A DNA stretch of 14,789 nt from an uncultured Acidobacteriota bacterium (GTDB lineage Bacteria; Acidobacteriota; UBA6911). The DNA is taken from contig CAWJKZ010000005.1 of NCBI GenBank assembly GCA_963843575.1, forward strand, positions 1-14,789, in the 5' to 3' direction. Shown here piece after piece: positions 1 through 7,129 of the stretch (positions are counted from its first letter, which is position 1; every line of letters starts with the position of its first letter). A model generated the notes under the pieces. It searched no databases. It was not told the DNA's origin and saw only the letters and a list, made by a program, of their open reading frames with translations. A program made the position numbers and the translations under genes.

Positions 1-1
1 G

Positions 2-1067
2 CTTCTGCGCGAGCTCGGGATCCATTTCCTCAAGGTCAGCTCCCCGACCGGGGAGGAGCTGATAAACGCCTTCGGCAGCGACGGGATCGAGCGCTTCTAC
101 ATGGGCCTGCTGGCCATCGAGCTGTGCGTGAAGGCTGTCTGCGAGATACGGCCGTACGAAAAGGTCCGCGGGACAGCAGACATGGTCCACCGCGGAAACC
201 TGCTCCGCATCGAAACGGCCATTGCGGCCGGCGACATCGTGCAGGCGCTGGACGAAGTCTCTGCACGCGCTTTCGCTCATACCCGCCGAACGGAATGGTG
301 GTCGGCCGGTGGTCGGGATTGCGGGCGACCTCTACACCAAGGTGAACTCAGCGGCCAACAACGACCTCTATCGCTGGCTCGAGGACCGCGGATTGGAGGT
401 GTGGCCCTCGATGTTCCAGATCGACCTGCTGGACTTCGGCATCTCGCGGCGGCTCTTCGAGAGCGTATCCAGAGGGAGAATGCAGGACTTCCTGGTCAGC
501 GGTTCGGTAGCCATAAAGCGCCTCGTCGACGTCTGGAAGATACATCGCGTCGCCGCGCCCCGGGTTTCACGCCTCGAGGAGCCCGGCTATCTCGAGATGA
601 AGAAGCTCGCCGCCCCCTACATGCCTAACGAGGCACACCAGCTCCTGTTTTTGAACACGGTGAAGATCGTTGACTTCGCGCGGCGGGGCGCCGACGGGAT
701 CATCAATGCCGTCTGCTTCAATTGCATGGTCGGCAACGCATCGGCGGCCATCATCGAGAAAATCCGGAACGACTATCACGACATCCCCATCCTCACCGCG
801 GTCTACTCGGGCGGCGAAGATCCATCGCGCGCGATGGTCCTCGAGGCGTTCGTCAGCCAGGTGAAGAGGCATTACGCCAGGACACAGCTGCCGCAGCAGA
901 GGAGGTCTGGCCCTGTGGATTCCCTGAGGCTGGACCGAAACTCACTTAGGTTCGTACGGCGGCCTCTTGCGTTTCTCCTCGTCCCACTCAAGTGGGTCCG
1001 GGCTTCAGCCCGGACGCCTTTTGCAGTAGCTGTAAAGTGCATCTGTCCCGATATGCAACGGCTTTAA
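2..1067 (+). CDS. 3' part of an acyl-CoA dehydratase activase-related (2-hydroxyacyl-CoA dehydratase activator / DUF2229-type) protein; 5' truncated by the window edge; one apparent +1 frameshift at ~255-257
   Basis: The frame from nt 2 reads LLRELGIHFLKVSSPTGEELINAFG...CEIRPYEKVRG...QALDE. After GAC GAA G TCT CTG it continues in the 222..1067 frame as SLHALSLIP...RPVVGIAGDLYTKVNSAANNDLYRWLEDRGLEVW...GADGIINAVCFNCMVG...MVLEAFVSQV. RPYE, VGIxGxxY..N..N and GADGIIN..FxCM are typical of the C-terminal region of CoA-activase-related proteins. The last ~60 codons look non-conserved and run into the REP element, so the true stop may be earlier. Confidence 0.75.
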
Positions 1068-1098
1068 CAGCGTCAGGGCTGAAGCCCGGACCCACTTG
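989..1098. repeat. REP doublet (REPIN-like): two inverted GTGG-GTCCGGGC-TTCA-GCCCGGAC units
   Basis: 989-1017 CAAGTGGGTCCGGGCTTCAGCCCGGACGC is the reverse complement of 1070-1098 GCGTCAGGGCTGAAGCCCGGACCCACTTG at 28/29 positions. Each arm is a GTRG tetranucleotide plus a short GC-rich hairpin with a TTCA loop, the architecture of GTRG-family REPs. It lies between convergent genes. Confidence 0.8.
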
Positions 1099-1204
1099 GG
1101 ATCATGTTCCACATCCAAAAAGGAATACCGGAGCAGACGTCGACACAACACGGTGCTGCGTGGCCGGGTCCAGGGCCGGGTCCCATGCTTCAAAACGATG
1201 CGAG

Positions 1205-2132
1205 CTACTTCATCAGTCCGTTCGCCACGAGCCATGCCTTGGCAGACCCATCGGCTTCGTGCAGTTCCTCGTCCTCGTCCCGGTTATCGGTGTCGAGCTC
1301 GACGGTGAAAGCCATCCGTTCTTTGGTGGCGGCCTGTGCGAGGACCGGCAGCAGGGCGGGGAAATCGACGAGGCCCCGCCCCAGCGCCACACCGTTGTAG
1401 ACCCCCTTCTCGAGCACGTAGTCGCGCACGTGCGCGTGAAACGTCCGCGGCAGGCACTTGCGCGTCGCGAACAACGGGTCCTCGTTCAGGATGAGCCAGT
1501 TGCCCGTGTCATTCAGGATACCCACGTTGTCGAGACCGGCCCCTTCCGAAATCCGGAGGAGGTCATCCGAGGAGAAGTAATCGTAATTCTCCTGGCAGAT
1601 CCGGAGCCCGAGGGCTTTCGCCGACCGGCCGAGCTCTCGAACGGACTGGTCGCCAGCCGGACGGTGGCCGCCCGCGTCACGCGACCGTTGATACGGGGGA
1701 GAAGGTGCACGTCCGCACACCCAGACGGGCGGCTAATTCCAGGTCGCGGCGACCCGCCTCGAGCGCCGCGAGACGAACCTCCTCGTCGTAGGTCGCCGCA
1801 ACGCCGCCCACTTCGACGACCGGCCACAGGTCGCTCTCCTTGAGCCGTGCCTTCAGCTCGTCGATGTAGCTCTTCTCGTCGAGGGGAGGGCCGCGAAATC
1901 GAGATCTATCGCCATCGGGAAGATCCGGACCCCTTCGCGATCGCGACCGTCTTCCGGATTACGTGGTCGAGCCGCGCCGCGCGATCCAGCCCGAGCCTGC
2001 GGATCTGACGGTGCCAGTTCTGTCCGACAGCGCGCCGACGATGATCTCGACGCGAGACTCGGCCGTGCGCGCCAGGCCGGCGGCGGCCGGCCCGGCGGCC
2101 GCCACGCCCGCCATGAATGTCCTGCGGTCCAT
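1205..2132 (-). CDS. Tat-signal sugar phosphate isomerase/epimerase (xylose isomerase-like TIM barrel), ~310 aa once five apparent single-base deletions are repaired
   Basis: GGAGG RBS (2138-2142) precedes ATG at 2132. The N-terminus MDRRTFMAGVAAAGPAAAGLARTAE is a twin-arginine signal. The reading path switches frame at ~2030, ~1923, ~1883, ~1695 and ~1650: ...VGQNWHRQIRRLGLDRAARLDHVIRKTVAIAK / FPMAIDLDFAALP / DEKSYIDELKARLKESDLWPVVEVGG...LELAARLGVRTCTFSP / INGRVTRAATVRLA / QSVRELGRSAKALGLRICQENY...NVGILNDTGNW...HAHVRDY...LGRGLVDF...FTVELD. The EN, DTGN, HxxD, GxGxVDF and E motifs match the AP_endonuc_2/xylose isomerase-like family. Confidence 0.75.
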
Positions 2133-2214
2133 GTGAACCTCCCGGATGTGATTCGTTGCTGCGCTCGGATGTATGTTTATTCAATCCGGCTGCAAAAGCA
2201 ACGGCCCGCCTCAT

Positions 2215-2226
2215 CGCAACGTTGCG
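2215..2226. promoter_or_regulatory. Candidate LacI-family operator palindrome CGCAACGTTGCG
   Basis: Perfect 12-bp palindrome with a central CG and AACGTT core, ~83 bp upstream of the isomerase start, in the divergent spacer of a sugar-utilisation module. No regulator gene is present in the window. Confidence 0.4.
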
Positions 2227-2539
2227 CGAACCTGAGTTTGGCTGCATCGTACGGCTGACGGAACCCGATCGTGAGTGAGAATCCCGCATGCGGTAAAGGT
2301 CGTTTTGGCCTACAATCGCGCCTTGTCAACGACACCGCGCCCCTGGCGACCGATGAGGCCGGGTTGGCCGCTCGGGCGCTCGCGGCAACCGTGGGACCTG
2401 CCGAAACCGGCAGGCGGGTCGAGGCGATCCGATCCTTCTCTGTGCCCTCCGCGCATCTGCGAAGGGGTTTCTGTTGTCTTGCGCCACGCGACCCCGTTGA
2501 CGATGCGGGGGGCGCCGGGATCGTTATGCGGAGCTTCTC

Positions 2540-3982
2540 TTGAACTCTCATTTCGCGCTGATTGACTGGCTGCTGGTTATCGGGTTCCTGGTGTTCTACG
2601 CCTACCTCGGTGTCCGGGCCAGGATGCACTCGTCCTCGCTGGACGAGTTTCTGGTCATGGGGCGCAGGTTGGGTCCGATCTGGGGCGTCGCGACCCTGGC
2701 CGCCACCGAGACGGGCCTGATCACCCTGATCTATTTCGCGGAGGAAGCCTACCTCAGCGGCTTCGTCGCTTTCAGCATCGCCGGACTGGCGGCACTGACG
2801 ATGTGGGTCGTCGGCAGGACCGGCTTCGTGATCAGACGCCTGCGCAGCCTGGAAGTTCGGACGATGCCGGAATTCATGGAGGGCCGTTTCAACGCCAGGG
2901 TGCGATCGATCACGGGGCTCGCGGCATTCGTGGTCGGGGTGCTGAACATGGGGATTTTCCTGCAGGTGGAAAGCTCGTTCATGGCGATCCTCATGGGCAT
3001 ACCGGAATCCCGGATCCTGGTGGTGATGGCCGTGATGCTGGTGGTCGTCGTGGCCTACACCATGCTCGGCGGAATGTATTCCGTGGTGCTCACCGACGTC
3101 GTGCAGTTCATCATGATCGTGGTCGGCGTCGCCGTTACCACCTACTGCATCGTCGTAAACGCGGGCGGCTGGGGCAGGATGGTGGACGCGGTCTATGCGC
3201 ACTACGGCAGCGCGGGCTTCAACCTCTGGAGCGCTCGCCGGTACGGCTTACTTTTCCTGAGTTGGACGACCCTTTACTACCTCAGCGGCTGGAGTTCCTG
3301 GCAGCCCGTGGTGGCGCGGGTGCTGAGCATGAAGGACATCCGGATGGCGCTGAAACTCTACCGCATCAGCAGCCTGTTCATGTTCATGCGGGCGGCGTTT
3401 CCGATGATCTGGGGAATCGGGGCCCTGGCCATCCTGGGGACCGTCCGCCAATCCAACACGGTCTTGCCCGTCACGCTCGCGCGGATCCTGCCCGCGGGCT
3501 GGGTGGGGGTGGTGACCGTCGGATTCATCTCCGCGTCGATGTCCACGTACTCGAGTTACCTGCTGGCCTTCAGCTCCATCCTGCTCCAGGACGTCGTGGG
3601 ACCGAATATGAAGAGGCAGCTCAACGGACGGGAGCGGGTGAGGTTCACGCAGCTGGGCATCCTGCTGATCGGGATATTCGTTTATCTCTGGGGTGCGTTT
3701 TATCGTTTGCCCGAGTCCGTCTTCCGCTACATTACTCTCACCGGGGCTCTTTCATTTGCGGCGAGTCTGACGGTGCTCGTCGGCGGGATCTACTGGAAGC
3801 GCGCGAACGTCCGGGGCGCCTATTGGGCGTTTCTCGGCAGCGCCGCGCCTCCCATTGCCTGCCTCGCCCTGCCCGCGATCGACCCCACCTATGCCGGGCT
3901 GTTGAGTTTTGTGCTGGCTCCGGCCGGCCTGGTGGCGGGGTCGCTGACTTCAACGATCGGGGGCAGAGCGGCTCGGCCTTAG
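2540..3982 (+). CDS. Sodium:solute symporter (SSS/SLC5) family transporter, 480 aa
   Basis: Many hydrophobic segments. Motifs LIDWLLVIGFL, SLDEFLVMGRRLG, TMPEFMEGRFN, YTMLGGMYSVVLTDVVQF, SASMST and GIYWKRANVRGA are typical of SSS proteins. GGAG at 2530-2533 precedes a TTG start. Confidence 0.9.
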   Translation: MNSHFALIDWLLVIGFLVFYAYLGVRARMHSSSLDEFLVMGRRLGPIWGVATLAATETGLITLIYFAEEAYLSGFVAFSIAGLAALTMWVVGRTGFVIRRLRSLEVRTMPEFMEGRFNARVRSITGLAAFVVGVLNMGIFLQVESSFMAILMGIPESRILVVMAVMLVVVVAYTMLGGMYSVVLTDVVQFIMIVVGVAVTTYCIVVNAGGWGRMVDAVYAHYGSAGFNLWSARRYGLLFLSWTTLYYLSGWSSWQPVVARVLSMKDIRMALKLYRISSLFMFMRAAFPMIWGIGALAILGTVRQSNTVLPVTLARILPAGWVGVVTVGFISASMSTYSSYLLAFSSILLQDVVGPNMKRQLNGRERVRFTQLGILLIGIFVYLWGAFYRLPESVFRYITLTGALSFAASLTVLVGGIYWKRANVRGAYWAFLGSAAPPIACLALPAIDPTYAGLLSFVLAPAGLVAGSLTSTIGGRAARP

Positions 3983-4020
3983 TAACGCGGCGGTGATCCG
4001 TGTTCATCTGCGTCTGGACC

Positions 4021-4162
4021 GGTCAAGGAAGACACGAGCAGAAGCAGAACGCGGATTTCCGCGGATCTGACGGGTTCACGCGGATCGGCCGCGCCCGGAA
4101 TGCCGGGCGCGGCCTCTCACCCATGTCATTGTCTTTGATCTGCGTTGATCCGCGTCCCAAAA
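4021..4162. repeat. Dispersed palindromic intergenic repeat, copy A (CGCGGAT...ATCCGCG type)
   Basis: 4021-4080 matches 6041-6100 at 50/60 positions. It contains tandem CGCGGAT-like units and inverted ATCTGCGTTG-ATCCGCGTCC units (4138-4157). A shorter degenerate unit lies at 3984-4014. Confidence 0.8.
4087..4114. terminator. Perfect 12-bp stem-loop GGCCGCGCCCGG-AATG-CCGGGCGCGGCC (possible terminator or RNA-stabilising hairpin)
   Basis: Exact inverted repeat 4087-4098 / 4103-4114 downstream of the SSS gene. There is no clear U-tract, so terminator function is uncertain. Confidence 0.35.
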
Positions 4163-4211
4163 TAACACGTCATCATATTTGTGAAACGGACCGCTCATAG
4201 AGGGATCTGCC

Positions 4212-5237
4212 ATGCAAAAGATCAGGTTTGGCATCGTCGGCGCGGGTTTGTGGGGGCGGGCCCATGCCGAGGTTTACTCGACGCACCCGATGGCCGCGCT
4301 CGCGGCCGTCTGCGACACCGACGAGGAAAAGGCCCGCACGCTGGCCGCGAAATACGGCGCCCGGGCCGTGTATCGCGACTTTGAGGCGCTCATAGAGGAT
4401 CCCGAGGTGGATGCGGTTGCGGTGGTGACGCCGGATTTTGCGCACTGCGCTCCGATCCTGGCGGCAGCGCGGGCCCGCAAGGACGTGCTGGTCGAAAAGC
4501 CGCTCGCGACGACCGCCGAGGAACTCGATGCGATCGCGGACGCCGTCACCCGGTCCGGGATCCGGTGCATGGTCGATTTCCACAATCGCTGGTCGCCCCC
4601 GATCGTGGTGGCCCGCCAGAGCATCGCCGCGGATGAACTCGGCAGGCTCGTGTCGGCGTACGTGCGCCTGAACGATACGATTTCCGTCCCCACCCGCATG
4701 CTCTCGTGGGCAGCCCGCAGCAGCATCCTCTGGTTCCTCGGCAGCCACACCGTCGACACCCTGCGGTTCCTCTCGAGCGACGAGGTGGAGCGCGTCTACG
4801 CGGTGGCACGCTCGGGCGTGCTCAACGCCAGGGGAATCGAGGTGCCCGACATCTACCAGGCCATCCTCGAGTTCCGCTCGGGCATGATCGCAACCACCGA
4901 GAACAACTGGATCGTACCGGACACAAACCCGTCGGTGAACGATTTCAAAGTCAACGTCCTCGGCAGCAAGGGGATGATCAGCCTGGACCTCACCCACAGC
5001 CAGCTGATCGAGAAGTTCCTCGAACAGGGCGCGAACCATCCCGATGTGCTCGTGGCCCCGTGCATTCACGGCAAGCGTCCGGGCTTCGCCTACGAGAGCA
5101 TCAGGACTTTCGTCGATTGCGTCGCGCAGGACAAACCCCTGCCGGCAACCCTGGAGGACGGGATCCGGGTCTCGAGGGTGATCCTGGCGATGTTCGAGTC
5201 CGCGGCCAAGAGAGAACCCGTCACAGTCCAATATTGA
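4212..5237 (+). CDS. Gfo/Idh/MocA family NAD(P)-dependent oxidoreductase, 341 aa
   Basis: N-terminal FGIVGAGLWG Rossmann motif, followed by VDAVAVVTPDFAH, DVLVEKPLA, MVDFHNRW and GSHTVD. AGAGGGA RBS at 4199-4205. Confidence 0.92.
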   Translation: MQKIRFGIVGAGLWGRAHAEVYSTHPMAALAAVCDTDEEKARTLAAKYGARAVYRDFEALIEDPEVDAVAVVTPDFAHCAPILAAARARKDVLVEKPLATTAEELDAIADAVTRSGIRCMVDFHNRWSPPIVVARQSIAADELGRLVSAYVRLNDTISVPTRMLSWAARSSILWFLGSHTVDTLRFLSSDEVERVYAVARSGVLNARGIEVPDIYQAILEFRSGMIATTENNWIVPDTNPSVNDFKVNVLGSKGMISLDLTHSQLIEKFLEQGANHPDVLVAPCIHGKRPGFAYESIRTFVDCVAQDKPLPATLEDGIRVSRVILAMFESAAKREPVTVQY

Positions 5238-5251
5238 GGCGAGCGAAGCTC

Positions 5252-6036
5252 ATGCACGAATCACTGCAGTCGATGTTCGACCTGTCCGGCAAGGCGGCGG
5301 TTGTCACGGGCGTCTCGCGCGGGATCGGGATCAGCTTCGCCCGCGGCCTGGCCAAGGCAGGGTGCAATCTCGTCGTCGCGGCCCGCAGCATCGATCCGCT
5401 CAAGCAGTCCGCGCACGACCTCGAGCAGTTCGGGACCCGCGTCGTGCCGGTGCAGGCGGACGTGTGCGATCCCGCGGAGGTCGAGGCCATGATCAAATGC
5501 ACCGTCCGGGAATTCGGGCGGATCGACATCCTGGTCAACAACGCGGGGATCTCCGCGGTGGCCGACGCCGAGAGCATGAGCCGCGATCAGTGGCAGAGCG
5601 TGCATCGACACGAACCTGACCGGCCTCTTCTACTGCGCACAGGCCGCGGGGCGCCGCATGCTGGAACAGGGATTCGGGAAGATCATCAACATCGCGTCGA
5701 TGTACGGCATCAGCGCCTCGAGCTGCGTTTCGCAGGCCTCGTACGTCGCCAGCAAGTCGGGCGTGACTCGGACTGACGCGCGAGCTGGCGGTGGAATGGG
5801 CGCCGAGAGGACTACAGGTCGTGGCGCTGGCGCCCGGGTTCTTCCGTTCCGACCAGACCGTGTGGGCGTTCGAGCAGAACCAGGAACTCGGCCGCAAGCT
5901 GCTCGCCAAGGTCCCGGCCGGCCGCCTCGGGCGGCTGGAGGAACTGGAAGGCACGATCGTCTACCTGGCCTCGAGTGCAGCCGACTACATGAACGGCCAG
6001 ACCCTCATCATCGACGGCGGCTTTCTCTCCTGGTAG
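5252..6036 (+). CDS. Classical SDR oxidoreductase (gluconate 5-dehydrogenase/KduD-like), ~260 aa with two apparent +1 frameshifts at ~5603 and ~5766
   Basis: MHESLQSMFDLSGKAAVVTGVSRGIG (TGxxxGIG) and GRIDILVNNAG, then GTG C ATC GAC ACG AAC CTG (VIDTNLTG), KIINIASMYG and YVASK (YxxxK), then GTG A CTC GGA CTG ACG CGC GAG CTG (GLTRELAVEWA), ALAPGFF and DYMNGQTLIIDGGFLSW*. Confidence 0.88.
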
Positions 6037-6040
6037 TCTC

Positions 6041-6126
6041 GATCAAGGAAGATGAGGGCAAAAGCAGAACGCGGACTTCCGCGGATTTGCCGGATTCACG
6101 GATCGGAGTGCATCCGCGTCCGAAAA
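6041..6126. repeat. Dispersed palindromic intergenic repeat, copy B (internally shortened relative to copy A)
   Basis: The first 60 nt are 83% identical to 4021-4080. It ends in ATCCGCGTCCGAAAA, versus ATCCGCGTCCCAAAA in copy A. It starts 4 nt after the SDR stop codon. Confidence 0.8.
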
Positions 6127-6163
6127 GGCGCCATTGTAGTTGTGCGAGCGTCTGTCCCGGATG

Positions 6164-6195
6164 CTGCAAACAGACACCGCCGGGCCTATTATAGT
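6164..6195 (+). promoter_or_regulatory. Possible sigma70-type promoter for the 6242 gene
   Basis: CTGCAA (6164-6169), a 17-nt spacer, then TATTAT (6187-6192, overlapping TATAGT). This is an AT-rich spot in a GC-rich genome ~50 nt upstream of the gene. The -35 match is weak. Confidence 0.3.
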
Positions 6196-6241
6196 GTCAA
6201 TCCTGGAATCGTCCTGGGGGGGGAGGAGCCCACTGAACCGC

Positions 6242-6739
6242 ATGCAGATCGCGAAGTGCAGAACCTACCACGCACATGCACACGGGCGCGGCGTGGCCCG
6301 GATGCTGGACGGACAGTCCGTGTTCAAGCTCTATTACATCTCCATCATCGGGCGAGGCCAACCTGAACGCTACGACTGGCAGTACAGCCCCCGTTCGCCC
6401 GCGGAATTCGAACAGGTCTTCGTCTCCGGCGGCCATGAGGGCATCGGGTTTGCCATCGTCTTTCCTCACGTGACGAAAATCTACCGATTCTCGCCCGACA
6501 TGGAAACGATTCTAGATGTGCGCGAATATGAGACCGATGGCATGACTCCTCGCGACTGCTCGCGGCGGGACGGATTCCACGAATTCGCCTGCTACGCCGA
6601 GGCGGTCATCGCCGCCGATGAATATCGCGCCTGGGCCAAGGCGGCGACCGTAAACGAGTACCTCGCGTTTCGATCCGACGCCGCCGAATTCCAGGTCGTC
6701 AGCAACAACAAGCTCGCGGCCTACTGGATCGTGCGGTAG
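6242..6739 (+). CDS. Hypothetical protein, 165 aa (likely start ATG 6242 rather than 6140)
   Basis: GGAGGAG at 6222-6228. Codon third positions are GC-biased and the composition is globular and aromatic-rich (VFKLYYISIIGR, GIGFAIVFPHVTKIYRF, HEFACYAEAVIAADEYRAW). I do not recognise the family. Confidence 0.7.
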   Translation: MQIAKCRTYHAHAHGRGVARMLDGQSVFKLYYISIIGRGQPERYDWQYSPRSPAEFEQVFVSGGHEGIGFAIVFPHVTKIYRFSPDMETILDVREYETDGMTPRDCSRRDGFHEFACYAEAVIAADEYRAWAKAATVNEYLAFRSDAAEFQVVSNNKLAAYWIVR

Positions 6740-6766
6740 TCGCCCCTTTGGAGGGAGGTCGGGCAT

Positions 6767-6984
6767 ATGAAGGGAACGGCGTTCCTCAGCTACACCCGCA
6801 AGGACGACCAGTTCTTTGGGGGTTACATCACCGCCTTTCGGAAATCGCTTGAGCTTGGCGTCCACGTGGTGACCGGCCGAGAGGAGTTTCGCCTGTTCCC
6901 GGACATCGATGGCATCGGGCGCCCCGGGGCCTGACCGACGACCCGGCCGAGTTGATCTCCATGGTGGTGGCGGCGCTCCGCTGA
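6767..6984 (+). pseudogene. Collapsed TIR-domain gene remnant: TIR N-terminus (6767-6934, 55 aa) joined out of frame to a short coding-like C-terminal tail (6931-6984)
   Basis: Strong RBS GGAGGGAGG (6750-6758). The ORF reads MKGTAFLSYTRKDDQFFGGYITAFRKSLELGVHVVTGREEFRLFPDIDGIGRPGA*; AFLSY-R-D and FxDxxxI match bacterial TIR betaA and betaB/BB-loop. In another frame the tail reads LTDDPAELISMVVAALR*, with G/C at all 17 third positions. Confidence 0.65.
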
Positions 6985-7129
6985 CTTCGGTCGCACTCTG
7001 TCAGCATTGAAGGGCAAAATGGCTGTCGGCTTGCGCCAGTCGCCGTCGCGCGAACGTCGGATCGTGCGGGACTCGCTGCCTGGCGGGCCGACCCCCCACC
7101 AGAAACGCGCCGTTCCCGGGAGTCCACCG

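Noticed and set aside
1162-1183. Tandem GGCCGGGTCC x2
   Set aside because: Only two short GC-rich copies, with no further structure to support a function.
2191-2207. Possible sigma54 promoter on the - strand (GGGCCGTTGCTTTTGCA)
   Set aside because: The GG-to-GC spacing is 11 rather than the required 10, and there is no TGGCAC match.
2350-2373. Hammerhead-like CCGATGA-GGCC-loop-GGCC
   Set aside because: The core should be CTGATGA...GAAA. Here it is CCGATGA...GCTC, so essential catalytic nucleotides are missing.
2397-2414. Hairpin CCTGCCG-AAAC-CGGCAGG in the SSS leader as part of a riboswitch
   Set aside because: It is an isolated 7-bp stem with no surrounding consensus of any riboswitch class I know.
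3984-4162. Repeat cluster as a CRISPR array
   Set aside because: The units are ~10 nt, degenerate and inverted, with no regular unique spacers and no cas genes.
4180-4199. lacO/CRP-like imperfect palindrome TGTGAAACGGACCGCTCATA before the Gfo/Idh/MocA gene
   Set aside because: It needs a bulge and mismatches to pair, its spacing does not fit CRP, and it does not resemble the 2215 palindrome.
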